A stretch of DNA of 64,000 nt from Vicinamibacterales bacterium (GCA_965242835.1 OZ251506.1:5172401-5236400), one strand, 5' to 3'; positions 13,610 through 24,474 are shown, counted from the first letter of the stretch. The notes: generated by a model not told the origin, from the sequence alone. Numbers and translations: made by a program.

Positions 13610-14878
13610 ATGCGCTATCGCTACACGCGCTACACGGGCGAGGACATCGAGGGCATCGACCTCGACGAGCTGGTCTCGAAGCTCTCCCGGCTGTTCCTGT
13701 CCAGCGGCTTCGGCGGCGCCCGCGGTCCCGGCGGCCCGCCGGACGAGGACGAGGACGAAGACCGCGGCCTGCAGTCGCTGCACGACGCGATCCTCGACGC
13801 GATCCTCGACGGCGGCCTGCTCTCCGACGACGCGCTGCAGCGTCTGCTGGGCGACCCCGCCGACGGCGATCAGGGCGGCGGCCGACCGGGCCTCGAAGAG
13901 TTGATCCGGGAGATCGTCCAGCGCATGGCGGAGCGGGGTTACGTCTCGCTGGAGTCCGGCGAGTCCGCCCCGGGCGCCGGCGGCGGCCCGGACCGGGACG
14001 CCCCCCCGGCGCGTTTCCGGGTCACGGACAAGAGCCTCGACTTCCTCGGCTACCGCGCCCTGCGGGAGCTCCTCGGGTCGCGGGGGCGCGGCGCCGTCGG
14101 CCGGCACGACACGCGGGAGCTGGCCACGGGCGTGGAGGCGGGCGGCGCATCGAAGCCGTACGAGTTCGGAGACACCCTGAACCTCGACCCCAGCGGCACC
14201 ATCCTCAACGCGGTGCGGCGGGCGGCGGCCGTCGGGAGCGGCGCCGTCGACGTGCGCCACCAGGACCTGATGGTCGCGCAGGGCGAGTACCAGAGCTCGT
14301 GCGCGACGGTCCTCATGCTCGACTGCAGCCACAGCATGATCCTCTACGGCGAGGACCGCTTCACGCCGGCCAAGCAGGTGGCCCTGGCCCTGTCCCACCT
14401 GATCCGCGGGCAGTACCCCGGGGACGCCCTGAACGCCGTCCTGTTCCACGACTCCGCCGAGGAGATTCCGCTGAAGCGGCTCGCGCGCGTGCGCGTCGGC
14501 CCGTACTACACCAACACCCGGGAGGGGCTGCGGCTGGCGCGCCGCATCCTGGAACGCCAGCGCAAGGACATGCGGCAGATCGTGATGATCACCGACGGCA
14601 AGCCCTCCGCCCTGACGCGGCCCGACGGAAGCATCTACCGCAACGCGTTCGGCCTCGACCCGACGATCATCCGCGAGACGTTCGCCGAGGTGGCCCACTG
14701 CCGGCGCGCCGGCATCATGATCAACACGTTCATGCTGGCGCGCGACTACGAGCTGGTGAGCTTCGTGCGGCGGGTGGCGGCCATCTGCCGCGGCAAGGCG
14801 TACTTCACGACGCCGCGCACCCTGGGGCGCTACGTCCTCATGGACTACATGGACAAGAAGACGAAGACGGTGCACTGA
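13610..14878 (+). CDS. VWA domain-containing protein (partner of the AAA+ ATPase)
   Basis: MIDAS motifs LDCSHSM, YTN and ITDGKP. Confidence 0.85.
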   Translation: MRYRYTRYTGEDIEGIDLDELVSKLSRLFLSSGFGGARGPGGPPDEDEDEDRGLQSLHDAILDAILDGGLLSDDALQRLLGDPADGDQGGGRPGLEELIREIVQRMAERGYVSLESGESAPGAGGGPDRDAPPARFRVTDKSLDFLGYRALRELLGSRGRGAVGRHDTRELATGVEAGGASKPYEFGDTLNLDPSGTILNAVRRAAAVGSGAVDVRHQDLMVAQGEYQSSCATVLMLDCSHSMILYGEDRFTPAKQVALALSHLIRGQYPGDALNAVLFHDSAEEIPLKRLARVRVGPYYTNTREGLRLARRILERQRKDMRQIVMITDGKPSALTRPDGSIYRNAFGLDPTIIRETFAEVAHCRRAGIMINTFMLARDYELVSFVRRVAAICRGKAYFTTPRTLGRYVLMDYMDKKTKTVH

Positions 14879-15517
14879 GTGCCGACCGCCCACCTGCCCG
14901 GCCGGATCCCGCTCTTCCCGCTCCCGAACGTGGTGCTGTTCCCGGACGTCTTCCTGCCGCTGCACGTCTTCGAGCCGCGCTACCGCGAGATGGTGGCCGA
15001 CGCCGTCGACGGCGAGCGGCTGATCGGGATGGTGCTGCTCCGCGGCGGCTGGCGGAACGCCGGCGTCAACCCGCCGATCCACCCGGTCGGCTGCGCGGGC
15101 CGCATCACCCACCTCGCGCCGCTCCCCGGCGGGCGCTACGACGTCGTGCTGCGCGGTCTGCAGCGCTTCCGCGTGCGGGACGAAGACCATTCGCGGGCCT
15201 ACCGGGTCGCGGCGATCGACGGCCTGCCGGACGGCCCCGCGGCCGAACCGGGGCCGCGCCTCCGGGCGGGCCGCCGGCGGCTGGAGGACCTGCTGGGACG
15301 ACAGGCGGCGGCCGGCCCGGCCCCGCGCATCCCGCCGGGCATGGGCGACGCCGAGCTGGTCAACGTCCTGTCCCAGTACCTCGAGCTCGAGCCGATCGAG
15401 CGGCAGGCGCTGCTGGAGAAGGACCACCCCTGCGACCGCTGCGCGGCGCTGATCGACCTGCTCGAAATGCGTCTGATGGCCGACGGCGGGCCGTTCCCCG
15501 CCGCCGGCGTGCACTAG
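14879..15517 (+). CDS. LON peptidase substrate-binding (LonN) domain protein
   Basis: IPLFPLPNVVLFP..LPLHVFEPRYREMV. GTG start directly after the upstream stop. Confidence 0.88.
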   Translation: MPTAHLPGRIPLFPLPNVVLFPDVFLPLHVFEPRYREMVADAVDGERLIGMVLLRGGWRNAGVNPPIHPVGCAGRITHLAPLPGGRYDVVLRGLQRFRVRDEDHSRAYRVAAIDGLPDGPAAEPGPRLRAGRRRLEDLLGRQAAAGPAPRIPPGMGDAELVNVLSQYLELEPIERQALLEKDHPCDRCAALIDLLEMRLMADGGPFPAAGVH

Positions 15518-15625
15518 GGGGGTCCGCCTACCGCGGCTGGATGGTCGACTCGGCGTGACCCGGACAGAACGTCACGGACGCCGCGCCGCGGATCGACGCG
15601 GCGCTCGACGTCGACTCCGACCTCG

Positions 15626-16063
15626 TCATCCTCCCGACCCGACCATGCGCAGGAGGGCGAACAGCGCCGCGGCCTGAATCCCGGCGATGGCGACCCCGGC
15701 GCCGACGAGCCGCCACGCCAGGCGCGCCTCGAGGGCAGCCAGCTCGGCGGTCATCTTGATGCCCATGCGCTCTTCAAGGGCCGCGACGTCCTCCTTCGTG
15801 GCGAAGTGCGTCATGCGCTCGTCGAGGCGCGCTTCGAGGGCGACGACGTTCGCCTGCACGGCGGCAACGTCCGCCTGCACGGCGGCAACGTCCGCCTGCA
15901 CGGCGGCGACGTCGGCCTTCGTGGCCAGCGCGTCGACGTCGACGGCGGCGGCGGCGGTGTCGTGCTCGGCGGCCTCGCGGACGGCGGCGGTGATGGCGTC
16001 GGCCTGGGCGTCGGTCAGGTCGGCCGCCGTCAGCGAGCGGGCGATGGCGTGCGTGTCGAACAT
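15626..16063 (-). CDS. DUF1640/CCDC90-like coiled-coil protein with C-terminal membrane anchor
   Basis: MFDTHAIARSL...QADAIT, LATKADV heptads and a hydrophobic C-terminus. GGGGAG RBS before ATG 16063. Confidence 0.75.
   Translation of the reverse strand: MFDTHAIARSLTAADLTDAQADAITAAVREAAEHDTAAAAVDVDALATKADVAAVQADVAAVQADVAAVQANVVALEARLDERMTHFATKEDVAALEERMGIKMTAELAALEARLAWRLVGAGVAIAGIQAAALFALLRMVGSGG
15851..15913. repeat. 3 x 21-bp coding tandem repeat (heptad ADVAAVQ)
   Basis: cgcctgcacggcggcaacgtc repeated three times, the last copy with one mismatch. Confidence 0.9.
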
Positions 16064-16076
16064 ACGTCTCCCCATC

Positions 16077-16241
16077 CTACGGCGCTGACCGTTCGGTCCG
16101 CGCCAGCAGGGTCGCGTCGATGCGGCCGTTCAGCGCCCGCACGTCGCGCCGGATCTCGGCGACGTCGTGCCGCGGGTCGCGCCGGGTCCAGAGCAGCGCC
16201 CCCACGACCGCCAGCGTCGCGCCGAGCACCTCGTAGTCCAT
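16077..16241 (-). CDS. Small single-TM coiled-coil protein (54 aa)
   Basis: MDYEVLGATLAVVGALLW hydrophobic segment, then VAEIRRDVRALNGRID. Confidence 0.5.
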   Translation of the reverse strand: MDYEVLGATLAVVGALLWTRRDPRHDVAEIRRDVRALNGRIDATLLARTERSAP

Positions 16242-16380
16242 CGTCGCTTCCACCCCGTTCCCCCCATCCTGCTGCTGCTGCGCGCCGGTCTGCCGACGCT
16301 CCAGGGCGGCCACCCGGTATCGGAAACGATACCATTGGCACGTGATCGAGGATCAGATGAATCGGCGCGGGGGCGGGGGT

Positions 16381-18453
16381 TCAGCGGATCGTGATGCCGG
16401 TGATGAAGTTCGAGTACGTCCGGTCCGGTTCGGCGCCCTCGTCCGCCCGGGTCGTCAACCGCACCTGGAGCCCGTGGCGGCCCCGGTCGAACGTCAGCGG
16501 TATCGAAAAACGGTAGCCGGAGACCTCGTCGCAGACCGTGACGGTCCGGATGCCGTCGCCGTCTTCGTCCGGCGGACCGTCGATGTGGTCCTGCCGCACG
16601 CAGACCTCGACCACGTCCGCCGCCGCGCTCGACGTGACCCTCCCCGCGAAGGTGATGCGTTCGCCCGCCGCCATCGCGCCCGGCACCGGCTCGTCGAGCC
16701 GCACGATCCGGAATTCTCCCGGGTCGATCGGGACGTCCGACACCCGTAGCGGCGGGTCGTTGACGATCCGGCTGCCGTCCGGCCGCTCCACCGCCGTATC
16801 GAGCACCGCGCGCCCGCCGGTCGCCTCGTGGAACGACGGCATGCCCCCGAAGGTGGTCACGCCGGAGCGCGCCGCGTGGCGCGCCGCGAAGAAGTTCCAG
16901 TAGTTCATCTCCTCGGCGGACAACGGCCGGCTCCGCGAGACGACGACGGTCACCCGCCGCCAGGACGAGTCCACCGGCCCGCTACGCGCGCCGTGCAGCG
17001 CCAGGACGTCGTTGAAGTGGACCGCCCTCCCCTCTCCCTCGACCGCGGTTCCCACGTCCGGAACCGCCGCGGCTTCTTCGCCGAACTGCCCCTGTTCCTC
17101 GAAGACGACCATCTCCGGGAGCTCTTCCGGCTCGATCAGCCCCATGCGGTACAGGGTGGTCGGGTGGAACAGCGACGGAGCCGGCGTCCGTTCGATCACG
17201 TAGGACCGCTCGCCTTCGCCGCCGCCAGCCAGCCCGACGCGCCATATGTGGGGCAGGACGGCGCCGAGGAGCGTCTCGCCGGGAAACAGCAGCGGCGTGT
17301 GTGTGGCCGGGCTCCATCCCGCGCGCTCGACGCCGCCGGCGAGCGAGGACCAGTCCCAGTAGTCGGCCCACTGGTGGCCGATTTCGTGGTTCGACGTCCA
17401 GGCGGTCGTGAAGTCGGCGTCCCGATAGAACTCCACGGACCGCAGCACCCCGTCGCTGCCGAAGGAATCGGAGCCGTCGAAGACCTCCATCTCGCCCAGG
17501 CCGGCGATGGGGTTGCGCACGTTCCAGTGAAACGCGCTGAACTGGGCGCTGGGGTGCTGCTCGGCGGAGACGATGGCGATCGAGTCGTAGACGTCGGGGA
17601 AGAACTCGTAGAACTTCCGCGTCACTTCCTCGATCTCGAAGGCGAAGTCGTTCGCCACCTGCAGCCGCCAGTTGCCGAAACCGGGGAAGACGACGTTCAC
17701 GACGTGACTGGCGTACTGGACGCCGCGGCCGGCCTGCTGGACGCGCGATTCGGGAAGGTTGAGCGGCGCGGCCGGCAACGAGATGTGCACTTCGTCGAAG
17801 TCGTCCTCGCCGTCGCCCGCGTCCGCGTCGGACGCGTCGGTCAGCTCTTCCCGCTTCGGGACCCGCAACACGCCGAAGTAGACGACCGGGCTGTCGAACC
17901 CGCGGCGTCTCGAGCCGATGGTGTCCCACAGCGCCGCCTCGTCCCAGACCGGGTCGAAGACGCTGAGCGGCCGGCTGTCGTAGGTCCTCCTCGCGGTGCG
18001 CGTCCAGGTCTCGACCACGGGTTCGCCGGCGGCGATCGACCAGCGTTCGAACTCCAGGGTCTCGACGTCGCCGGCCACCACGAAGCTCCGGAACGCGAGT
18101 CCCCCCGTGCCGTCGGCGCGGATCAGCCGCGGCTGCTGGTCGAACCACAGCGGTTGCCCGCGCCACCGCGCCGGGTATTCGACCGCCGAACGGACGGCCC
18201 AGGGCGGGTCGATGCCCGACGCCGCCCAGCGGGCGCGCAGTTCGGGCGTGCCGCAGACGGCCGGCGGGTCGGCGGCCGCCCCCCGCGGCCAGGGATCGCC
18301 GCCCGCCTCCGGCGCTTGATCCTGCGCGGCCGGCGCCCCGTGCAACAGCAGCGCCGCCGCGGCGCCGGCGGCCGCCAAGCCGCGGCGGCGCCGCCGGCCG
18401 AACGACGCCGGCGCTCGCCGCGGCGATGGGCAAGACTTCGACCCCGGCGGCAT
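16381..18453 (-). CDS. Secreted putative zinc metallopeptidase
   Basis: Arg-rich then Ala-rich signal peptide, HEIGH zincin motif and LYRMGL Met-turn-like segment. Start uncertain. Confidence 0.6.
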   Translation of the reverse strand: MPPGSKSCPSPRRAPASFGRRRRRGLAAAGAAAALLLHGAPAAQDQAPEAGGDPWPRGAAADPPAVCGTPELRARWAASGIDPPWAVRSAVEYPARWRGQPLWFDQQPRLIRADGTGGLAFRSFVVAGDVETLEFERWSIAAGEPVVETWTRTARRTYDSRPLSVFDPVWDEAALWDTIGSRRRGFDSPVVYFGVLRVPKREELTDASDADAGDGEDDFDEVHISLPAAPLNLPESRVQQAGRGVQYASHVVNVVFPGFGNWRLQVANDFAFEIEEVTRKFYEFFPDVYDSIAIVSAEQHPSAQFSAFHWNVRNPIAGLGEMEVFDGSDSFGSDGVLRSVEFYRDADFTTAWTSNHEIGHQWADYWDWSSLAGGVERAGWSPATHTPLLFPGETLLGAVLPHIWRVGLAGGGEGERSYVIERTPAPSLFHPTTLYRMGLIEPEELPEMVVFEEQGQFGEEAAAVPDVGTAVEGEGRAVHFNDVLALHGARSGPVDSSWRRVTVVVSRSRPLSAEEMNYWNFFAARHAARSGVTTFGGMPSFHEATGGRAVLDTAVERPDGSRIVNDPPLRVSDVPIDPGEFRIVRLDEPVPGAMAAGERITFAGRVTSSAAADVVEVCVRQDHIDGPPDEDGDGIRTVTVCDEVSGYRFSIPLTFDRGRHGLQVRLTTRADEGAEPDRTYSNFITGITIR

Positions 18454-18489
18454 CGTGAAAACGATTTCCCTCCGGCCGCCAATCCTACA

Positions 18490-18510
18490 GGAGTCCGCGC
18501 CGTTCCACGG
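18490..18510. repeat. Partial copy of the REP-like palindrome GGAGTCCGCGCCG...
   Basis: ggagtccgcgccgttcc, preceded by caatcctaca, similar to the copy near 36348-36366. Confidence 0.55.
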
Positions 18511-18542
18511 GAGGCCGGGCCGATCGGCTGCGCGGGCGGCCC

Positions 18543-20909
18543 TTACTCCGCGCGCAGCGTGGCCGCCGGATCGACGGCCATCGCGCGGCGCGCGGGCAGG
18601 GCGGCCGCCAGGACGCCTACCGCGCCGAGGACGAGCGCTGCTTCGACGAACGCCCCCGTCAGCGACAGGGTTCCGGCGTCATGGATCCGATGCCGCGCGA
18701 TCCGCCAGCCCGCGGCGGCCAGGCCCGCGCCGCCCAGGGCGCCGGCGAGCAGGACGAGTCCGCCTTCCCGGAGCAACAGCAGGAACACGTCCCGCCGCCG
18801 GGCGCCGAGCGCGAGGCGGACGCCGATCTCCCGGCGGCGCAGTCCGACCTGCCGGGCGCCGGCGCCGTAGAGTCCGACGCCCGCCAACAGAAGGCCGAGC
18901 GCGCCGAAGACTCCCACGCCGGCCGCGGCCAATCGGTTCCTCCACAGCAGGTCGTCGAGAATGCCGCGCATGGTTCGCACGTCGTGGGTCAGCACCCTGG
19001 CGTCGAGGGCCCGGATCCGTTCGCGGAGCGCGGCCGACGCCGACGCGGGCGGAAGATCGGTCTTCACCAGAAGATGCCCGTGCAGGGCGGCGTCGTCCGG
19101 CGGAAAGTACGCGACCGGTTCGATCTCTTCCAGCCGCCGGTAGCGGGTGTCGCCGACGACGCCGACGACGTCGTGCACCCGGTCGTCGAACGTCGTCCGC
19201 AGAGTCCCGCCGACGGGGTCGCCGTCCGGCCAGAGGAGAGCGGCCAGGCTTTGACTGACGACGACGGCCTGCCGCCCTTCGTCGTCTTCCGTGAAGCCGC
19301 GCCCGCGCACCACCGGAATCCCCAGGGCCGAGAAGAATCGACGATCCACGTTGTTGAACTGCACCAGGGTCGGCGCCGCGGAATCCGCCGGGCCGCGGGT
19401 GACGTCCTGGAGATACCAGACGCCGTTGAACGGAACCGAACCGCCCCAGCCCGCGGCGTGAACGGCCGGCAGGGTCGCGACCTCGCCCAGGAGCGTCCGC
19501 CGAAACGCCGCCGCCGTCGATTCCGAGTGCCCGGCCTCCTGCAGGTTGAGATTGACGCGCAAGACCCCGTCGGCGTCGAACCCGGGATCGACCCGCATCT
19601 TGCTCCGCAGGTCGTCGACGATCAGCAGCGCGCCGCAGACCAGCGCGAACGAGAGCGCCGCCTCGACCGCCAGCAACGCGCGCATCGGCGTCGAGCGCGT
19701 CGTCGCGCCGTGCAGCGCGGCCTCCGGCTGGAGCGCGCGGGACGTCTCGAACCGGCGGATCCGAATCGCGGACAGCGCCCCGGCGGCGCACGGCGCCGCG
19801 GCGGACAGCCCGATCACCAGTGCGATTCCGTACGGATCGGCGTCGGAGCCCCCCGGCAGCGGAGGGACGCCCCCCGACCGATGCAACGCGTCGAGCGTCC
19901 AGCCGGCCAGCGGAATCCCGCATCCGCCGGCCGTCCCGCCCAGGATCAGGTGCTCGGTCGTCTGCTGCCTGACGAGGCGCCGCCAGCGCGCGCCGTGCGC
20001 CAGGCGGACCGCGAACTCCGCCCGCCGCGATTCGGTGGCGGCCAGCACCAGGATCAGGACGTTCGCCATCGCGATCAGGAAGACCGCCAGGGCCGCCGAC
20101 TGCAGCAGGGCCAGGACCTGCACGATCGACCGGCGGTCCGACACCAGGGCCGCGCGCGCCAGCGGCACGGGGTCGATCGCCCGCTTGCCGCCGTTGTCGC
20201 GTGGATGTTCCGCGACCAGCGCATCCCACAACCGCTTCGTGGCGAGGCGCAGCCGCGCGGGCGGCGTCCCTTCCGCACGGCGGGCGAACACCGTCACCCA
20301 CGATGACGTCCGAGCGCCGCGCAGGTCGTTCAGCACCGGCAGGATTTCCGGTTGCAGCGAGAAGGGAATCCATACGTCCGGCGCGTACTCGACGGTCGCG
20401 CCCTGGAACCCGGCCGGCGCGACGCCGATGATCGTCACCGCCACGTCGTTCAGCCACAGCGCGCGGCCGAGGATCGCCGGGTCCGCCCCGTGGGCCGCGC
20501 GCCACCACGCGTCGCTGACGACGGCCGCGCGCACGTCGGCGGTTTCGAACGTGCGGCCGAGGGCGGCCGGAACCCCGAGGACCGAGAAGTAGTTGGCGGA
20601 CACGATGGCTCCCCGAACCGGTTCCGGCTCGTTCGCGGTGCGTATCAGCCTTTGGTTGGCGAACGCGGCCACCCCCGCCGCACCGTCGAGGCGATCGGCG
20701 AACGATCGGTAGTTGGGCCAGGACATCCATCCCAGGGACACGAGCGTCGCGGGACGGTCGACCGCCAACGGCGAGACCAGCAGCCGCTCGACGAACGTGA
20801 AGACGACGGCGTTCGCCGTGATTCCGACGGCGAGCAACAGGACGACGGCCGTCGGATGCAGCGGCCGACGCCGCCACCAGCGCCACGCGTCGCGGAGGTC
20901 CTCCCTCAT
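18543..20909 (-). CDS. ADOP-family (acidobacterial duplicated orphan) ABC permease, MacB/FtsX type
   Basis: MREDLRDAWR start, VSANYFSVLGV, EFAVRLAHGA, DPGFDADGVL, EIGVRLALGA and AMAVDPAATLRAE end. Confidence 0.9.
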   Translation of the reverse strand: MREDLRDAWRWWRRRPLHPTAVVLLLAVGITANAVVFTFVERLLVSPLAVDRPATLVSLGWMSWPNYRSFADRLDGAAGVAAFANQRLIRTANEPEPVRGAIVSANYFSVLGVPAALGRTFETADVRAAVVSDAWWRAAHGADPAILGRALWLNDVAVTIIGVAPAGFQGATVEYAPDVWIPFSLQPEILPVLNDLRGARTSSWVTVFARRAEGTPPARLRLATKRLWDALVAEHPRDNGGKRAIDPVPLARAALVSDRRSIVQVLALLQSAALAVFLIAMANVLILVLAATESRRAEFAVRLAHGARWRRLVRQQTTEHLILGGTAGGCGIPLAGWTLDALHRSGGVPPLPGGSDADPYGIALVIGLSAAAPCAAGALSAIRIRRFETSRALQPEAALHGATTRSTPMRALLAVEAALSFALVCGALLIVDDLRSKMRVDPGFDADGVLRVNLNLQEAGHSESTAAAFRRTLLGEVATLPAVHAAGWGGSVPFNGVWYLQDVTRGPADSAAPTLVQFNNVDRRFFSALGIPVVRGRGFTEDDEGRQAVVVSQSLAALLWPDGDPVGGTLRTTFDDRVHDVVGVVGDTRYRRLEEIEPVAYFPPDDAALHGHLLVKTDLPPASASAALRERIRALDARVLTHDVRTMRGILDDLLWRNRLAAAGVGVFGALGLLLAGVGLYGAGARQVGLRRREIGVRLALGARRRDVFLLLLREGGLVLLAGALGGAGLAAAGWRIARHRIHDAGTLSLTGAFVEAALVLGAVGVLAAALPARRAMAVDPAATLRAE

Positions 20910-21061
20910 ACCCGTATAGAGGGCTCGATGGGCCGTTCGATTACGAACTTTTTTCGATTCGACCGAAAAAGAGCGCGGCCGCGCGGCCGGACGGACGCCG
21001 ACCCGCAAGGGATCGACCGCCGGAGCCGCGCCGGTGCGAGGGCGGGGCCGGGCCGGTCCGG

Positions 21062-22063
21062 CTACGCGCCGACCGGTTCGCGCCCCAGGCGGCGGGCGAC
21101 GTGCTCGACGACGACCCGGCCGTGGAACCGGCCGTTCTCGATGAACACCTCGCCGCGGTTGGCCCCGGCGACCACCGCGCCGGCCAGATACAGGCCGGGC
21201 ACGTTGGTCTCGAACGTCTCCGGGTCGTGCCGCGGCACGTTGTTCGCGGCCACTTCGATGCCCGCCCCGCGCAGGAAGTCGAGGTCCGCCAGGTAGCCGG
21301 TCAGCAGGAAGACGCCTTCCGCCGGCAGGGTCTCGCGCGCGCCGTCCCGCTCGACCACGACCTCCCGCGGCCGGATCTCGACGAGGCGGGTCTCGAAGCG
21401 CGCCGCGATGGAGCCTTCCGCGATGCGGTTCTCGATGTCCGGCCGGACCCAGTACTTGATGGACGAGCCGAGCTCGGCCCGGCGGTGCACCAGGGTGACG
21501 CGCGCCCCGCTCCGGTAGAGGTCCAGGGCCGCCTCGGCCGCGGAGTTCTTGCCGCCGACGACGACCACCGGCCGGCGGTAGAACTCGTGCGGCTCGGTGT
21601 AGTAGTGGGAGACGTGCGGCAGGTCCTCGCCCGGGACGCCGAGCTGGTTGGGATGGTCGTAGCAGCCGCTGGCGACGAGCACGGTCCGCGCGCGCCACGT
21701 CCGCTCGCCGTGCCCGCCGTGCGCCGTGCGGACCGTGAAGACGCCGTCGGCGCCGCGGCGGACGGCGGTCACCGCGGTTCCGAAGTCGACGGCCAGCTCG
21801 AAGGCGTCGACGACGCGCCGGTAGTAGCGCAGCGTCTCGTCCCGCGTCGGCTTGCCGTGCGGGGTCACGAACGGCAGCCCGCCGATCTCGAGCAGGTCCG
21901 GCGTGGTGAAGAAGACCATCTGGGCGGGAAAATGGAACAGCGAGTTGACCAGCACGCCCTTCTCGAACGTGCGGAAGTCGAGGCCGGCCTTCCGGGCCGC
22001 GATGGCCGCGGCCAGGCCCGCCGGCCCGGCGCCGACGATGACGAGGTCGTGAATCGGTTTCAT
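21062..22063 (-). CDS. ypdA: YpdA-family FAD-dependent (putative bacillithiol) disulfide reductase
   Basis: GAGPAG, FFTTPDLLEIG, GGKNSA, IKYWVRPDIENR, FIENGRFH. Confidence 0.88.
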   Translation of the reverse strand: MKPIHDLVIVGAGPAGLAAAIAARKAGLDFRTFEKGVLVNSLFHFPAQMVFFTTPDLLEIGGLPFVTPHGKPTRDETLRYYRRVVDAFELAVDFGTAVTAVRRGADGVFTVRTAHGGHGERTWRARTVLVASGCYDHPNQLGVPGEDLPHVSHYYTEPHEFYRRPVVVVGGKNSAAEAALDLYRSGARVTLVHRRAELGSSIKYWVRPDIENRIAEGSIAARFETRLVEIRPREVVVERDGARETLPAEGVFLLTGYLADLDFLRGAGIEVAANNVPRHDPETFETNVPGLYLAGAVVAGANRGEVFIENGRFHGRVVVEHVARRLGREPVGA

Positions 22064-22077
22064 GCTGCGTGCTCGGG

Positions 22078-22701
22078 TCAGGGGGCCGCGTACTCGAGTT
22101 TCAGGTCGCTGACGATCGCGACCGGCCGGCCCGGCGACCAGATGCGCTCCGTGCCGCCCGCGACGCCGGTCAGCTCCAGGGTCTGCCCCACGACGACCAC
22201 TTCCTCCAGGTCGTCCGGGATCGTGACGAAGACCCGCTCCACGCCGGTGGGCGCGACCGCCTTCAGCCCGTCCGGGCCGGCGCCCCCGCCGATGCGGTCG
22301 AACAGGTCCTCCGCGGTCCGGAACTCGTTCAGGACGTAGCGCCGCGCGAGCACGTCTCCCGCCGGCGAGGCGACGGCCACCTCGGCCAAGTAGCGCGCGT
22401 AGGCGCGGCCCCGGCGGACGTCCTCCTCGGAATACGTGTGGCGGTTGTGGAGGTTGAACGACAGCCGCGCCTCGCCCGTGCGCGGCGGGAGGGCCACGAC
22501 GACGCCCAGCGTCGGGTCCTGCTGGGCGAGCACGTCGCAGAAGACCAGGTCCGTCTCCACGCCGATGCCCAGCACCTCCGGACACCGCACGTCCACCGAC
22601 TCGGCCAGGCTCCCCTGTCCGCCGCCGGCCGCCGCCGGGGCCGCGGCCGCGAGAACCGCCAGCGCCGTCCGGACCCGCCGTCGGCCGCGCAACCGTCTCA
22701 C
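22078..22701 (-). CDS. Secreted hypothetical protein
   Basis: GTG overlapping the folE stop, signal-peptide-like N-terminus, coding-like composition. Confidence 0.6.
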   Translation of the reverse strand: MRRLRGRRRVRTALAVLAAAAPAAAGGGQGSLAESVDVRCPEVLGIGVETDLVFCDVLAQQDPTLGVVVALPPRTGEARLSFNLHNRHTYSEEDVRRGRAYARYLAEVAVASPAGDVLARRYVLNEFRTAEDLFDRIGGGAGPDGLKAVAPTGVERVFVTIPDDLEEVVVVGQTLELTGVAGGTERIWSPGRPVAIVSDLKLEYAAP

Positions 22702-23333
22702 GCGGACACCACCTCCCCGGCCTCGGACGCGAACCGGACCGGCTCCGGCGCGCCGCGCACGGCGCCGCGCAGCTCGAGCAGCTCGAGGAACTCCATCCGC
22801 GTCCGGGCGTCCGAGCGGAACGCGCCGCGCATGGCGCTCGTGAGGGCGAAGGTGTTCTGCTTCTCCACGCCCCGCATCAGCATGCACAGGTGCGTCGCCT
22901 CGACGACGACGCCGACGCCGAGCGGGTCGAGCTTGTCGGAGATGACTTCCGCGATCTGGTTGGTCAGGCGTTCCTGGATCTGCAGCCGCCGGCAGAACAC
23001 TTCGACGAGACGGGGAATCTTGCTCAGCCCCACGACCCGGCCGCGCGGCAGGTACGCGACGTGGCACTTGCCGAAGAACGGCAGCATGTGATGCTCGCAG
23101 AGACTGTAGAAGTCGATGTCCCTGACGATCACCATCTCGTTGCACTCGACCGAGAAGAGCGCGTCGTTCAGCACGGCGTCGACGTCCTGCCCGTAGCCGC
23201 CGGTCAGGAACTTCAGCGCCTCGGCCACGCGGGCCGGGGTGCGCGCCAGACCCTCGCGGGCCGGGTCCTCCCCCACCTCGGTCAGCAGCGTCTCGACCGC
23301 GGCCCGGACGCGTTCCTCGTTCATCGGCGGCAT
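22698..23333 (-). CDS. folE: GTP cyclohydrolase I
   Basis: [44 protein letters not shown]. Confidence 0.97.
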   Translation of the reverse strand: MPPMNEERVRAAVETLLTEVGEDPAREGLARTPARVAEALKFLTGGYGQDVDAVLNDALFSVECNEMVIVRDIDFYSLCEHHMLPFFGKCHVAYLPRGRVVGLSKIPRLVEVFCRRLQIQERLTNQIAEVISDKLDPLGVGVVVEATHLCMLMRGVEKQNTFALTSAMRGAFRSDARTRMEFLELLELRGAVRGAPEPVRFASEAGEVVSA

Positions 23334-24187
23334 CAGTAGGTATAGAAGCCCCGGCCCGTCTTCCGGCCGTGGCGGCCGGCCAGGACCATGCGCTTCAGCA
23401 GCGGCGGCGGCGCGTAGCGCGGATCCCGGAACTCGTCGTACATGATGCCGGCGATGCGGCAGGCCGTGTCGAGCCCCACGAAGTCGAGCAGCGTGAACGG
23501 CCCCATCGGGTGGCCGCAGCCCAGCGACATGGTCTTGTCGATGTCCTCGACGCTGCCCGCTCCCTCCTCGTAGGCGCGGACGGCGTCGAGCAGGTACGGG
23601 ATGAGGAGCCGGTTGGCGATGAAGCCGGGCCGGTCCGGCGCGCTCACCGGCTCCTTGCCGACGCCGCGGGCGAACGCGAGCACGCCCTCGCAGGTCTCGT
23701 CGCTGGTCGCGAGTCCCCGAATCACCTCGACCAGCTTCATCACCGGCACCGGGCTGAAGAAATGCAGCCCCGCGAAGCGGTCCGGCCGCCGCGTGCCCGA
23801 CGCCAGCTCGGTGATGCACAGCGAGGACGTGTTGCTGGCGAAGACGGCGCGCGCGCCGGCCACGTCCTCCAGGGCCGCGAACAGCTCGCGCTTGGCGTCG
23901 AGGTCCTCGACGATCGCTTCGACGATCAGGTCGCAGTCCGCCAGGTCTTCGAGCCGGCTGGTCCCGCCGAGGTTGGCCAGCGTCCGGTCCCGGTCCTCCT
24001 CCGACACCTTGCCCCGCCGGACGCCGGACGCCAGGAACGCCTCGATCCGGCGGATGCCGGCGGCGGCCGTCTCGTCGTCCACCTCGCGCACGACGGTGCG
24101 GTAGCCGGCCTGCGCCGACACCTGCGCGATGCCGGAGCCCATCAGTCCGCACCCGACCACGCCGACGGTTTCGCAAGTCATCGCCAT
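23333..24187 (-). CDS. hbd: 3-hydroxybutyryl-CoA dehydrogenase
   Basis: [47 protein letters not shown]. Confidence 0.93.
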   Translation of the reverse strand: MAMTCETVGVVGCGLMGSGIAQVSAQAGYRTVVREVDDETAAAGIRRIEAFLASGVRRGKVSEEDRDRTLANLGGTSRLEDLADCDLIVEAIVEDLDAKRELFAALEDVAGARAVFASNTSSLCITELASGTRRPDRFAGLHFFSPVPVMKLVEVIRGLATSDETCEGVLAFARGVGKEPVSAPDRPGFIANRLLIPYLLDAVRAYEEGAGSVEDIDKTMSLGCGHPMGPFTLLDFVGLDTACRIAGIMYDEFRDPRYAPPPLLKRMVLAGRHGRKTGRGFYTY

Positions 24188-24356
24188 GCCGCGCGCCGCG
24201 GGGGGCGCGCAAACGGAGATCATAGCAAAGGCTCCGCGCCCGGGCGGCGGCGCCCTTGATTCGCGGCGGGATCGGGGCCTCCCGCCGCGCAACGCCCTCC
24301 CACGCGGGGTCGCCCTGCCCCGGCGGAACCGAGCCGACTCCGCGTTGACGCGCGTG

Positions 24357-24384
24357 TTGACAGTGTTCGAATTCGGTCTATAGT
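24357..24384 (+). promoter_or_regulatory. Sigma70-like promoter for the MalT-like regulator pair
   Basis: TTGACA-N16-TATAGT, an unusually consensus-like and AT-rich element in this GC background. Confidence 0.7.
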
Positions 24385-24439
24385 AGGTGGTTGGCAGCAT
24401 CATGACACGGGGCATGCGCGCGGATTCGACCCTGCCTTC

Positions 24440-24458
24440 GGGGGGGGGGGGGGGGGGG
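24440..24458 (+). repeat. G19 homopolymer tract
   Basis: 19 consecutive G between the promoter and the regulator start. Confidence 0.9.
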
Positions 24459-24474
24459 CTGTTCGGCTTCCGCG

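Noticed and set aside
24365-24379. GTTC-N7-GTCT inside the regulator promoter as a second SOS box
   Set aside because: The second half-site has two mismatches. Not supportable.
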